Assembly: GCA_963664195.1 (NCBI GenBank)
Contig: OY760907.1
Location: 3,520,001-3,584,000, forward strand
Source of the DNA: an uncultured candidate division Zixibacteria bacterium
GTDB taxonomy: Bacteria > Zixibacteria > MSB-5A5 > GN15 > FEB-12
Reading direction: 5' to 3'
DNA length: 64,000 nt
The position numbers were made by a program, and so were the translations under genes. This document shows positions 1 through 10,407 of this stretch, in pieces; positions within the stretch are counted from its first letter, which is position 1, and every line of letters begins with the position of its first letter. The notes beneath the pieces were generated by a model, which saw nothing but the letters and a program-made list of their open reading frames with translations, was not told the origin of the DNA and made no database searches.

Positions 1-12
1 CACATAAAGGAG

Positions 13-41
13 GGGCAGTCATCCTTGAGGATGAACTGCCC
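13..41 (-). terminator. Hairpin, probable terminator of the 92..5653 gene
   Basis: gggcagt-catcc-ttga-ggatg-a-actgccc stem-loop about 50 nt past the stop. Confidence 0.5.
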
Positions 42-91
42 ATATCTCTGCCAACATGTCTATCGAACCGAAAATCGGCCAACTGTGCTCG

Positions 92-3000
92 TTACGGACA
101 AGCCGACAGAGGATTCAAGCTTATGAACAAATGGTCAATGAGCACGGTCAAGTCACCCATCGTCACCAGCCCATCGCCACTCATGTCGACGTTACCTTCG
201 GTAACGCAGGCCAGTGGCCCGAGGCTGATGAACAGGTGATCGATCAGGACCGTCAGGTCGCCCATAGTAACCAGGTTGTCTGGCGAGCCGTCGACATTGC
301 CCACCGACGGTCCGGTGCAGCAACCGCTCTGCGGCTGGCCTAGAGTGTACCATCCAAGTGAGGACAATCCGGCAATCGTCACAGTGTTCAGGACGGTATC
401 GATTGCGGCGCCGTCGAGCGTGCTCCAGGAACTACCACCGTTAGTAGATTCGTACAGCGTCAGATCGGCTTCAGCTAGTCCGTTCAACTCACGATCGGCA
501 TAGCTGAACGTAACTGTCGCATCCAGACCGCTGTTTGTCGCGGCAGCGATGCTGAAGTACCTCGCTATTCCTGCCGCGCCACCAACTGCCTGCGGAACAC
601 CGGTCACACGAGCAACGGTGGTAGCGCCGGGAGCAGCACCAACCGCAGCGATGCCGATTCCGAGACCACCAAAGGCTTCCGGAGTAGACTGGCTCATGGT
701 ACGGGTTGTCCGAACCGTTCCCTGCACTACCCAGATGGAGTCCTCAACAATACTCGCAGCCGAAGCGAGTGTCACGGCGTGAGCACCGGTCGTCAGGATG
801 CTATCCTGAAGGGCCAGCGTACCGTTGACCGTCACGTCTGCGCCAAGGGTCACGCCCTGGTTGCCACTGATAGTCAGATCACGGAGAACCGACGCCGAGG
901 TCGGGAGTTCCGGACCTGTGGTAACAGCACCAACCGTGCTGATGTAAGCCACGTCGACGACGCTGCCAAACGTCGGCGCTGCGGTCAACTCACCGGTCGC
1001 GCGACGGATCACGGCTTCGTTGGCCATAGTCAGCACCTTATCGTCGGAAGCACCGTTGTTATCGAATATACCTGCGGACAGCGTGAGGTCGCCGTTTACC
1101 GTTGCGTTTGCATTGAGTGTGACGGTCTGATCCGAAGAGAAGATCGTGAGATCGCGGAGGATATCTGTCGCGGTCGGCAGTTCCGGTCCGGTAGTCATAC
1201 TGGCCGCGGAACTGGTGTACCGAACATCGGCCACGCCCGTGAAATCCGGTGCATTTGTGATGCTGCCCGTGGCCACCGAGATCAAGCCTGCATCGGCAAG
1301 CTCCAGAGTAACGTTGGCGTCGCTGTTGTCCAGCGAACCACTGGTCAAACGCAGCGTCCCGGCAACCGTCAGCTTGGCCGCGGATGCCGACGACAGCACC
1401 AGGTCGGCACTGTTGTTGACGATCAACGAGTCGGCGACGATGCGGTCACCGGCCAGATCCCAGAGTTTCCGGCTGTCGTCGGTATCACCGTCGAAACTGC
1501 ATTCAACATCGTAGTAGTCGATATCAGCCAGAGTCTGGTCTGATGTTGTACTGGCGTCGCGCTGATACCGCACCTTGCCATCGTTGACAAACGTTGGGGC
1601 GAACACTGTGGAGGTGGCATACGCTTTGAAGACACCTCCTCTATTCAAGATCACAGCCGACGAATCGAACCAGATGTCGCTTGAGGTCACACTATGTAGC
1701 GATGCGCCGGAGTCGACCGTTATCGTTCCCGGATTGAATTCCGGGCCATAAGTCGAACTGTACATACCGGTCCCAAGTTTTACTTCGCCGCAAGCTTTGA
1801 TATCAATACCGGCGATATGAATGTCATAGGAACTGGCATCGTAGAATTCGACCTGACCGAACACGGTCATACGGCCGATCTGCGAACCGACACCACTGCG
1901 AATGAAGTGTGTGCCGTCTCCGTCAACAAGAAGGAACTCACCCTGCTCACCGACGGTGATTGTCAAATCCTGGTTGTTGGTATGATTGCCGCTGCTCGCC
2001 CAGCGCGCCTCCAAATCATCATCCGCAGCAAGAATCAGCTTGCCAGTTACGATATCGAGGCTGTTCTGAAGGGCGAGTCGCATACCGGTACCGGCAGTTG
2101 TGACGACTGTGCCGGAGTCCTTGGCGATAATGACGTCGCGAAGAGAAGTCGACCCACCGGTGGTGCTCCAGCCGGAAAGCGTCTGCTCTGCCCCGCCGGC
2201 AAACTTGATGAAGGCACTGTCGGAGGACCAGCCGGCTGAAAACACGTTGTGTTCTTCACTGTAGAGCGTAACGTCTCCGTAGACAGTCAACAGACCTCGC
2301 GCATTCATGTCAATAAGCGCGTCGTTGCCACCAAACGTCATGGCCGCACACTCCGCAAACTCGTCATCAACCGATACCGTATGTCCGGCCAGGATGTAGA
2401 TATCATCGGTGGAAGTCGGGAGATTGCCGCCCTGCCAGGTTGCGGGATCGGTCCACGAGCCGGACTGTGCCGAGACAACCAAACCTTCGAGAGACGCACC
2501 GGAGAGAGTCCAGCGGGAGAATCCGTTGATACCGGACAGCGTCACCGTGTTTTCAACAGGATCAACGACGCCGCCGCGAAGCGACCACGTTGCCCCGCCG
2601 TCAACCGAGGAGAACAATGACAGACTGTCCTCGGCGATGCCGTTGAGTTCGGTGTCTCCGTAGTGGAAGACCATCGTTGCCGCAAGGCCGGCGTTTGTGG
2701 ACGGAGTTATGTCAAAATAACGCAAGACGCTCGGTGTGCCGTTAACATCCTGAGCCTCACCGGTCACACGAAGGACCGTCGTGGCTCCCGGCGCGTCGCC
2801 GGAAGCAGTAAGCTCAACGCCAATGCCACCAAAATCTTCCTCGATTGACTGGGCCATAGTAGCGGAGGAAGCCAGATTGCCGCGCACCGTGAAACCGGCG
2901 TCTTCGACAATCGAAGCACCCTCGGCCAACGTGACCGTGTAGGTATCGGTGATGAGATCACTCCCATTGAGCGAGAGGATGCCGTTCACCGTCACGTCTG

Positions 3001-5653
3001 CCCCCAGAGTAACACCTTCATCCCCGGTGACCGTCAGGTCGTTGAGAGTCGAGGCCCCCGTCGGCAATTCGAAACCTGTGGTCACGTGACTGACGGTGCT
3101 GATGTACTCAACATTGACGCCAGCCGCAAATGCGGGCGCCACCGTCAATTCGCCGGTAGCGCGACGGATCGTGGACCCATCGGCCATCGTCAGCGTGAAG
3201 TCATCTTCGTCGCCATCGTTGTCAAGGCTGCCCAATGACAGGGTCAGATCGCCGTTGACAGTAGCGTCGGCACCAAGCGTAACCACCTGCCCTGAGGAAT
3301 AGATCGTCAGGTTGTCAAGTGCAGAGGCTGAAGTCGGCAGTTCCGGACCGGTCGTCACCGAAGTCGAGGAACTGCTGTATTTCACGCTTGCCGAGCCGAC
3401 AAACGAAGGAGCGGATGTGATTTCACCGGTTGCACGGGATATCCATGCGCCGTCGCCTACAGCCAGCAATACATTGGCGTCGCTGTTGTCTATCGTCCCG
3501 CTGGTGAGCCGCACCGTGCCGTCTACCGTAAGTGTGTAAGGCGACAACGCACTGATAACGAGATCGGCGCTGTTGTTTATCGTAAGGCTGTCGCCTACAG
3601 TACGATTGTCAGCCAGTTCCCACAGCTTTCGACTGTCATCGGTGTCGCCGTCGAAACTGCACTCAACACCGAAGTAATCCATGTCGACCAGAGTTTGATC
3701 CGAAGTGGTGCTGATGTCGCGCTGGTATCTTACCTTGCCGTTGTTGGTGAATATCTCGGGAAACACCGTGGTCGTCGCTGTGGTCCGGTACTCGCCGCCC
3801 GGATTGATAACTACCGCGGCGGAATCAAACCAAACGTCTGAGGATGTCAGACACATCACTATGCCGCCGGAATCAATCGTAATGGTTCCCGGATTCAACT
3901 CCGGTCCGTAGCTGCTGCTGTACAAGCCGGTGCCGATTTCCAGCGTGCCGCCCGCGAGGACATCAATATCGGCGATGCTGATGTCAGATGAACTGCCGTC
4001 TGTCAGCACTACGGTGCCGCTTACGGTCATCTTTCCTATAGGCGTCGAACCGGTGTTGCTTCGGATCCAATGGGTTCCGTCACCATCGACGAGCGTGAAC
4101 ACACCGTCAGCCTGAACCGTGATTTCCAGATTCTGGTTGTCGGTCAGGTTACCGGAACTCGCCCAGCGGGCTTCGAAATTATCGTCGGCAGCCAGAATGA
4201 ACTCGCCACCGATGATCTCCAGGCTGTTCTGAACTGCAAAACGCATTCCGTTGCCAGCCGTGGATACTACCGTGCCGGCATCTTTGTCGATAACCAGATC
4301 CCGGAACGAGGTCGAACCGCCTGTGGTACTCCATCCGCTCAGCGTCTGTGTCGGCTCGGCACCGGCCAGAACGATCTTCGCGTCGGTACCGGACCATCCG
4401 GCCGAGAAAACGTTGTGTTCTTCGCTGAACAGTGTGAAATCACCGTAAACAGTCAGACGACTATCGGCGTTCATGTCGATGTGGGAGGCCGTATCACCAA
4501 AAGTCATCGAATGACATTCGGGCGAAGCATCGTCTATCGAGATCGTATGCCCGGCAGCGATAACGACATCGTCATTGCTGGTTGGCACCACTCCCCCAAC
4601 CCAGGTGTTCACGTCGAGCCACTCGCCTGATTGAGCGGTGACAACTTCACCTTCGGCCGGAAACGTCAGTGCCACAGCATTCACCAGCTTTTGCCAATTC
4701 GCTTCCGTATCGCGAAGCCCAGTCCAAGCTTGTTCCAGATGAATGAACTGGCCGGTCGTGGAGGTGGCCGCCTGCGAGCACGGGTCAGCGACGCCGTTCA
4801 CCAATCGACCTTGCACATTTGTTACACCGATCATGCGATCCCAGTCGGTGTCAATATGGGCGATCTTGAAAGTCAGACTGTTGTCCTGATTCAAGAGGTT
4901 GTCCCTGAGAGTCGGAAGATAATCCACAGTCGGAGTCAGTTTTGTCCCGTTACTCATTACCAGGTGTGGGTCCCCGCTCTCCATAGTAAAACCGTGAGGC
5001 TGAATAATAACGAGGTCTCCGTCAACCGCCAGCAGTTCCTCGGTCATGGCCTGGAACGTACCGTCGACAATGTGAGCCTGATCGCAATTGCGATACGGTT
5101 CGGCAGTCTCGCTGCAGGAAGTAGAAGTCCCCGCACAGGGGGTGTATGACGAGGAGTTGCACTTGTGAGTCCCGGCCAGACAGTACACCCAGGCACCGTC
5201 CTGCTTGAACACACGGAATCCCTGCTCTCCCGTGTTACGATTCTGCAACGGGTGCGGAGCCTGAATGACCAACTTAGAGCGACTCGGATTCGGATTGAAT
5301 ACGTAAGTCCCCCAGTAGTTGGCAGTCGAACCCGGGGTCATCTCCAGAATGTAGTAGACACGTCCCGGAACGGTCGTGTTGTCGGTAAACTCGACCACCC
5401 GGTATTCCAGAGATGATGCCGTGGTATTCGCAGACGCATAATCCTCGTCCAGAATATCCTGAACGATCTGGCGCCATTGTTGGTCTGCCGTGGTGTTTGG
5501 TGTCGAGTACTTGTCCATGTCACCAGCGTCTTCACCAGGGATGGTGGTGATGATGCTGTCGATGTGGCTGACAATGTCACCGCTGTCAATGACCTGTCCG
5601 CAGATACTTGTACTGATCAGGAATACCCCGATAAGCGCTAGCTTTAGATACAC
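92..5653 (-). CDS. Giant secreted protein (1853 aa): PGA-hydrolase/Zn-amidohydrolase-like N-domain, two ~720-aa repeat modules (each starting with a G8-like segment), C-terminal dockerin
   Basis: GGAGGAG RBS before GTG start; signal peptide; motifs QAPHP..QPHGF..TNVQGR..FIHLEQ; duplicated 'AQSGxWxDxxTWxGGxxP' modules; C-terminal CCTGPSVGNVDGSPDNLVTMGDLTVLIDHLF with a second copy of the EF-hand-like repeat. Confidence 0.8.
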   Translation of the reverse strand: MYLKLALIGVFLISTSICGQVIDSGDIVSHIDSIITTIPGEDAGDMDKYSTPNTTADQQWRQIVQDILDEDYASANTTASSLEYRVVEFTDNTTVPGRVYYILEMTPGSTANYWGTYVFNPNPSRSKLVIQAPHPLQNRNTGEQGFRVFKQDGAWVYCLAGTHKCNSSSYTPCAGTSTSCSETAEPYRNCDQAHIVDGTFQAMTEELLAVDGDLVIIQPHGFTMESGDPHLVMSNGTKLTPTVDYLPTLRDNLLNQDNSLTFKIAHIDTDWDRMIGVTNVQGRLVNGVADPCSQAATSTTGQFIHLEQAWTGLRDTEANWQKLVNAVALTFPAEGEVVTAQSGEWLDVNTWVGGVVPTSNDDVVIAAGHTISIDDASPECHSMTFGDTASHIDMNADSRLTVYGDFTLFSEEHNVFSAGWSGTDAKIVLAGAEPTQTLSGWSTTGGSTSFRDLVIDKDAGTVVSTAGNGMRFAVQNSLEIIGGEFILAADDNFEARWASSGNLTDNQNLEITVQADGVFTLVDGDGTHWIRSNTGSTPIGKMTVSGTVVLTDGSSSDISIADIDVLAGGTLEIGTGLYSSSYGPELNPGTITIDSGGIVMCLTSSDVWFDSAAVVINPGGEYRTTATTTVFPEIFTNNGKVRYQRDISTTSDQTLVDMDYFGVECSFDGDTDDSRKLWELADNRTVGDSLTINNSADLVISALSPYTLTVDGTVRLTSGTIDNSDANVLLAVGDGAWISRATGEITSAPSFVGSASVKYSSSSTSVTTGPELPTSASALDNLTIYSSGQVVTLGADATVNGDLTLSLGSLDNDGDEDDFTLTMADGSTIRRATGELTVAPAFAAGVNVEYISTVSHVTTGFELPTGASTLNDLTVTGDEGVTLGADVTVNGILSLNGSDLITDTYTVTLAEGASIVEDAGFTVRGNLASSATMAQSIEEDFGGIGVELTASGDAPGATTVLRVTGEAQDVNGTPSVLRYFDITPSTNAGLAATMVFHYGDTELNGIAEDSLSLFSSVDGGATWSLRGGVVDPVENTVTLSGINGFSRWTLSGASLEGLVVSAQSGSWTDPATWQGGNLPTSTDDIYILAGHTVSVDDEFAECAAMTFGGNDALIDMNARGLLTVYGDVTLYSEEHNVFSAGWSSDSAFIKFAGGAEQTLSGWSTTGGSTSLRDVIIAKDSGTVVTTAGTGMRLALQNSLDIVTGKLILAADDDLEARWASSGNHTNNQDLTITVGEQGEFLLVDGDGTHFIRSGVGSQIGRMTVFGQVEFYDASSYDIHIAGIDIKACGEVKLGTGMYSSTYGPEFNPGTITVDSGASLHSVTSSDIWFDSSAVILNRGGVFKAYATSTVFAPTFVNDGKVRYQRDASTTSDQTLADIDYYDVECSFDGDTDDSRKLWDLAGDRIVADSLIVNNSADLVLSSASAAKLTVAGTLRLTSGSLDNSDANVTLELADAGLISVATGSITNAPDFTGVADVRYTSSAASMTTGPELPTATDILRDLTIFSSDQTVTLNANATVNGDLTLSAGIFDNNGASDDKVLTMANEAVIRRATGELTAAPTFGSVVDVAYISTVGAVTTGPELPTSASVLRDLTISGNQGVTLGADVTVNGTLALQDSILTTGAHAVTLASAASIVEDSIWVVQGTVRTTRTMSQSTPEAFGGLGIGIAAVGAAPGATTVARVTGVPQAVGGAAGIARYFSIAAATNSGLDATVTFSYADRELNGLAEADLTLYESTNGGSSWSTLDGAAIDTVLNTVTIAGLSSLGWYTLGQPQSGCCTGPSVGNVDGSPDNLVTMGDLTVLIDHLFISLGPLACVTEGNVDMSGDGLVTMGDLTVLIDHLFISLNPLSACP

Positions 5654-5786
5654 GTTGTTACTCCTCCTGCAATGCGGTGAAGACCCTTCAGCGTCTCCCC
5701 GGACTGCACTTAGCTATCGTCCGTTGGTCGAACTCGCCTCCTGATTCGACCTCTGTTTATTGTCCGCTTCAATCCGTCCATTAGTA

Positions 5787-6866
5787 TCAGAAAAGCCCCT
5801 GGTCACAAGTCATGTTGATCAGTGCCTGCGCAACCGCGGGCGAGGTTGATTCCAAGACATGGCTGATGGACGCAATCGCCTCGTTGTCAACGGGGACACG
5901 TGAGACGACCTCAACCTGAATGTCTGTTCTAGCATACCGATTACACAGAGTTGGCCGAAAAAGAAAATCCGCCATGGCCGCATTCGGATCCAGTGCGGTC
6001 ACCTCTCTCCCGAAAACACCGGCAAATGAGCCGGCGAAGACATCACGGGCATAACCGTAATGCGTGCAGCAAAGGCCAACAAACAACCTGCCGGTGTTGT
6101 CAGGAGACTGCTTCTCCAGTGCGTCAACAGCATACATGTCGATCATCGCCGCAACGACGTCACTGGACGGATCGGCCTGTATTTCGCTTTCGAGCATATC
6201 GCAACCCTGCGTGACTACGCGCAATGGGTCAATCCCACGATCTATGAGCAACTGTCGGTGTTTCCCGGATTCAATAGTGGTCGGCGTCCCCACGATGACC
6301 ACAGAGGCCTTCGTGTCCTCAGTCAGCGCTCGCTGCATCATGTCCACGCCAAACTCGACAATCCCCACCACCGGAATCGGAGCCGTCTTAGCGAATTCAG
6401 TCTCGTCGTAAACGACCGACAACGTGTTGCAGGCAATGAGTATGACGTCAGGCGCGTATCGCTTCTGGCATCCAGCCAAAGCTGCTGAAAACGCCGCTGC
6501 CTTCTCCTGGCTGTTGGCCATGCGGTTGTACGGGCGATCCTCATCGGGAAGGGCATTCGCAAAAACCAACCGGACAGCCCCGAACGGATGGCACTCTCGA
6601 AGCTTCTGCTCCATGGCGGCCACCACTGACAGGCCACCCAGCCCGGAGTCAGTGATCAATACCGTGATCTCATCGCGTTGATAGAGCGAATCAACAGAGC
6701 TAGCAGAGGGAGTTTTCTGGGATGATCCGTCGGTGCAGGAGATTGGCGACAGAGCTACTGACAATAGAGCGACGGCAATTGCCACAAAGCGAGATGACCT
6801 TCGCAACGATCTAAGAAGTCCGCAAAATGTGCTCGCAGATATCACGAGAATAACGCCTCCGAACAA
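5787..6866 (-). CDS. Aspartate/glutamate racemase family protein with probable export or lipoprotein signal (start uncertain)
   Basis: TDSGLGGLSV, IACNTLS and GLCCTHY motifs (both catalytic Cys); hydrophobic N-terminus ending SPISC. Confidence 0.85.
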   Translation of the reverse strand: MFGGVILVISASTFCGLLRSLRRSSRFVAIAVALLSVALSPISCTDGSSQKTPSASSVDSLYQRDEITVLITDSGLGGLSVVAAMEQKLRECHPFGAVRLVFANALPDEDRPYNRMANSQEKAAAFSAALAGCQKRYAPDVILIACNTLSVVYDETEFAKTAPIPVVGIVEFGVDMMQRALTEDTKASVVIVGTPTTIESGKHRQLLIDRGIDPLRVVTQGCDMLESEIQADPSSDVVAAMIDMYAVDALEKQSPDNTGRLFVGLCCTHYGYARDVFAGSFAGVFGREVTALDPNAAMADFLFRPTLCNRYARTDIQVEVVSRVPVDNEAIASISHVLESTSPAVAQALINMTCDQGLF

Positions 6867-7011
6867 TCAGGAGCTTCAACGAGTAATTTCGATACCTGCC
6901 GGCCCCGGCTGGCTTCCGGGTGCGCAATCCGGCATCGGACGGGAATCCTTGTCGACAAGTAAAACAGGCACTACATGTGTAACGTCCGAGGGTCTATCCA
7001 CCTTGGGACAT

Positions 7012-7027
7012 TCAAAATCCGTGCCAA
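7012..7027 (-). promoter_or_regulatory. Putative sigma54 (-24/-12) promoter for the racemase and giant-protein genes
   Basis: Minus strand TTGGCACGGATTTTGA; IHF-like TCAATAACTTA and ATCAACGACTTG at ~7046-7074. Confidence 0.5.
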
Positions 7028-7216
7028 TCATCCCCCCCTTGCATGTCAATAACTTACGCCCCATCAACGACTTGCATACCCCCTTTCGCGAGCGATTATA
7101 GCACAATTCCCCGTGCGCATTTCGCCCGAAACCGCCCCCGGGATAAGACCAAAGAAATAGAGCCGCCCGGACGAATCCGCGACGGCTCCAGAGTATCCGG
7201 GAAGGATATTGCTCGA

Positions 7217-10200
7217 TTACGGGCACGCCGGAAGGGGGGCCAGACTGATAAACAGAGCATCTATCAAAGCCGTCAGATCACCCATCGTCACCAGGCCGTC
7301 CGCGCTCAGATCCACGTTGCCTTCCTCCACACAACCCAGTGGAGTCAGGCTGATGAAAAGGTGATCGATTAACGTCGTCAGGTCGCCCATCGTCACGAGG
7401 TTGTCAGGCGATGCGTCCACGTTGCCCACGGACGGTCCCGTGCAGCAACCTCCGGACTGCACTTCCGCGAGAGTCAGGCGCGACAATGCAGCAATCCCGG
7501 TAACAGTCACCGTGTTTAGATTCGGATCGCCAACACCGCCGAGGTCAGTCCAGAGAGTGCCGCCGTCAGTGGACATGTACACAGTCAGTTCGCTTTCAGA
7601 AAGGCTGCCCAATTCTTGATCGGCGTAGTGGAATACAACCGTTGCATCCAATCCGCTGTTCGTGGCCGGAGCAACATCAAAATAGCGGCTGACACTGGTC
7701 TCGCCATTGACTGATTGCGGAGTACCGGTCACTCGGGTTACAACCGTGGCGCCGGGCACGGCACCCTCGGCAGTAATCTCCAGACCAAGTCCTCCAAACG
7801 ATTCAGCCGTTGACTGAGTCATGTCGCGAGTAGTCTGTACAGTACCTTCAACCACCCAGATCGAGTCTTCGACTATCGCGGCCGAGGAACCGAGAGTCAC
7901 CGCATGTGCACCCGTAATCAGCGTACTGTCCTGCAGAGTCAACGTCCCGTTGACAGTAACGTTTGCACCCAGCGTGACACCCTTGTTCCCGACGATAGTC
8001 AGATTGCGCAGAGCCGTACCCGACGTCGGCAATTCCGGTCCGGTGACGACACCTGCCGAGGTGCTTGTGTACCTGACATCGACCACTCCGGCAAACACCG
8101 GCGGATCGGAAAGCTCACCGGTGGCACGCGAAATCTCGCAGGCGTCTCCGATCTGAAGGGTAACATTGCCATCGCTGTTATCGACCGAACCGCTCGTCAA
8201 ACGAAGTGTCCCGGTCACCGTCAGGACCGCGTCTCCCGACGACGACAGCACAAGATCAGCACTGTTGTTAATGATCAGGCTGTCTGCGACCGTACGGTCT
8301 TCAGCCACGTCCCACAGTTTGCGGCTGTCGTCGGTGTCTCCGTCGAAACTGAACTCCACGTCGTGATAGTCACTGTCGACTACAGTCTGATCGGAAGTGG
8401 AACTCGTACTGCGCTGGTAGCGTACCTTGCCGTCGTTGACGAACGTCGGGGCGAATACCGTGCTCGCAGACGAGGTCTTGTAGACACCTCCACGATTAAC
8501 GATTACAGACGCCGTGTCAAACCAGACATCGCTGGTCGTAACGCAGTATGCTGCACCTCCGGAGTCTATCGTGATCGTACCCGGATTGAATTCAGCGCCA
8601 TAGGTTGAGCTATACATACCCGTGCCGATTTTTACCTCACCACCGGCTTCAATATCGATACCGCCGATATGGATGTCGTACGAACTGGCGTCATAGAACT
8701 CAGCCTGTCCATACACCGTCATCTTCCCTATCTGGGAGCCGATGCCGCTGCGAATGAAATGGGTGCCGTCACCGTCGACCAGAACAAACTCACCCTGTTC
8801 ACGGACGGTTATGAGTAGATTCTGATCATTAGTGTGGTTGCCGCTGCTTGTCCAGCGAGCTTCCAGATCGTCGTCCGATGCCAGTACCAGCTTGCCGCTG
8901 ATGATATCCAGGCTGTTCTGAATACCGAGGCGCATACCGACGCCAGCGGTGGTCACGATTGCCGTAGAGTCTTTATCGATGATGACATCGCGAAACGAGG
9001 TCGAGCCGCCGGTGGTGCTGAATCCGTAGAGAGTCTGCTCAGCGCCGCCCGCGAACCGGATGAAAGAGCTGTCCGAAGACCAGCCCGCCGAGAATGCGTT
9101 GTGGTCTTCGCTGAAGAGAGAAAAGTCGCCGTAAACGGTCAGCCGGCTATCGGCATTCATGTCGATCAACGCGTCATTGCCACCAAAAGTTACGTCCGCA
9201 CACACGCAGGTCGTATCATCAACCGAAACGGTGTGGCCAGCCGAGATCACTACATCGTCCGAAATGCCGGGTACCACTCCACCTTGCCAGGTATCAGGGT
9301 CGAGCCATTCGCCGGATTGAGCAGACCCGAAAGCGTTTTGTACCGGGAACGTTGCCACGACAGCATTCGCCAGCTTATACCAGTTGGCCTCAGTGTCGCG
9401 AAGACCGGTATAGGCCTGTTCCAAATGAAGGAATCGCCCGGTCGATTCGCTCGCGTAGCTGCCACACGGATCGGCGCAGTTATTCATCAGTCTACCTTGA
9501 GTGTTCGTCTCCGCTATCAGTTTTGTCCAGCTCAGGTCAATATGGGCTACTTTGAACGTCAGGGTCGCGTCCTGATTGAGCAGGTTGTCGCGGAGCTGCA
9601 ACAGAAGATCATCACCCGGAGTGAACCGGGTTCCGTTGCTCATGATGATGTCAGGGTCGTCATTCCCTTTGGAAAAACCGTGAGGTTGAATTACCACCAT
9701 CTCCGGCATCGCCGACAGCATTTCCTCGGTCGTAACCTGGAACGTGCCCAAAACCACGTGCGGTTGGTCGGAATACTGATACGAGTCCCAGTCGCCGGTG
9801 CAGACAGTCGATTGACCGTCACACGGCGACAACGTGACGCCGTTGCAGCGATGCGTCCCCGAGACGAACCAGGCCCTGGCACCGGCCAGTTTGAATACAA
9901 GAAATCCCTGCCCGCCTGTGTGAAGATCGTGCAGCGGGTGCGGGCACTCAATAACCAGGTTCGGACGAACCGCGCTGGGGTTGAACACAAACGTTCCCCA
10001 GTACCGCGAGCTGGAAACGGGAGTCCTCTCCAGGATGTAGTACACCTTGTCTGGAGATACCGAGTTATCGGTGAATTCAACCACTTGATAGCTGAGTCCG
10101 GCCGCGATGGAATCGGCAACGTCGTAGTGTTCCGCCAGGATGTTCTGCACGATGAGCCGCCAGGTGTCTCGTGATGAGCTTCCCGGCTGCAGGTATACAC

Positions 10201-10333
10201 CCTGGGGAGTCGATCCCGGAATAGAACTGATGATGCTGTCCACATGGGCGGTGATGTCACCGCTTTGAACAACCTGACCGCTGACACTTGCGCTCAGTAG
10301 GAGGATGAGAATGAGTAGGAACTTCGTAAACAT
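7217..10333 (-). CDS. Secreted paralog (~1038 aa): PGA-hydrolase-like N-domain, one repeat module, dockerin
   Basis: Start reassigned to MFTKFLLILILLL (GGAG RBS at 10341-10344); ECPHPLHD..QPHGF..FLHLEQ; same dockerin as 92..5653. Confidence 0.8.
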   Translation of the reverse strand: MFTKFLLILILLLSASVSGQVVQSGDITAHVDSIISSIPGSTPQGVYLQPGSSSRDTWRLIVQNILAEHYDVADSIAAGLSYQVVEFTDNSVSPDKVYYILERTPVSSSRYWGTFVFNPSAVRPNLVIECPHPLHDLHTGGQGFLVFKLAGARAWFVSGTHRCNGVTLSPCDGQSTVCTGDWDSYQYSDQPHVVLGTFQVTTEEMLSAMPEMVVIQPHGFSKGNDDPDIIMSNGTRFTPGDDLLLQLRDNLLNQDATLTFKVAHIDLSWTKLIAETNTQGRLMNNCADPCGSYASESTGRFLHLEQAYTGLRDTEANWYKLANAVVATFPVQNAFGSAQSGEWLDPDTWQGGVVPGISDDVVISAGHTVSVDDTTCVCADVTFGGNDALIDMNADSRLTVYGDFSLFSEDHNAFSAGWSSDSSFIRFAGGAEQTLYGFSTTGGSTSFRDVIIDKDSTAIVTTAGVGMRLGIQNSLDIISGKLVLASDDDLEARWTSSGNHTNDQNLLITVREQGEFVLVDGDGTHFIRSGIGSQIGKMTVYGQAEFYDASSYDIHIGGIDIEAGGEVKIGTGMYSSTYGAEFNPGTITIDSGGAAYCVTTSDVWFDTASVIVNRGGVYKTSSASTVFAPTFVNDGKVRYQRSTSSTSDQTVVDSDYHDVEFSFDGDTDDSRKLWDVAEDRTVADSLIINNSADLVLSSSGDAVLTVTGTLRLTSGSVDNSDGNVTLQIGDACEISRATGELSDPPVFAGVVDVRYTSTSAGVVTGPELPTSGTALRNLTIVGNKGVTLGANVTVNGTLTLQDSTLITGAHAVTLGSSAAIVEDSIWVVEGTVQTTRDMTQSTAESFGGLGLEITAEGAVPGATVVTRVTGTPQSVNGETSVSRYFDVAPATNSGLDATVVFHYADQELGSLSESELTVYMSTDGGTLWTDLGGVGDPNLNTVTVTGIAALSRLTLAEVQSGGCCTGPSVGNVDASPDNLVTMGDLTTLIDHLFISLTPLGCVEEGNVDLSADGLVTMGDLTALIDALFISLAPLPACP

Positions 10334-10407
10334 GGTTGATCTCCAGGAGTCTCTCTCAAATCGAGATATGAAGTGCAAAATGATTTCACATTGTATATTG
10401 TATGGAG

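Noticed and set aside
92..10333. Near-identical blocks between the giant genes as DGR template/variable repeats
   Set aside because: Differences are mostly synonymous and not adenine-specific; no reverse transcriptase present
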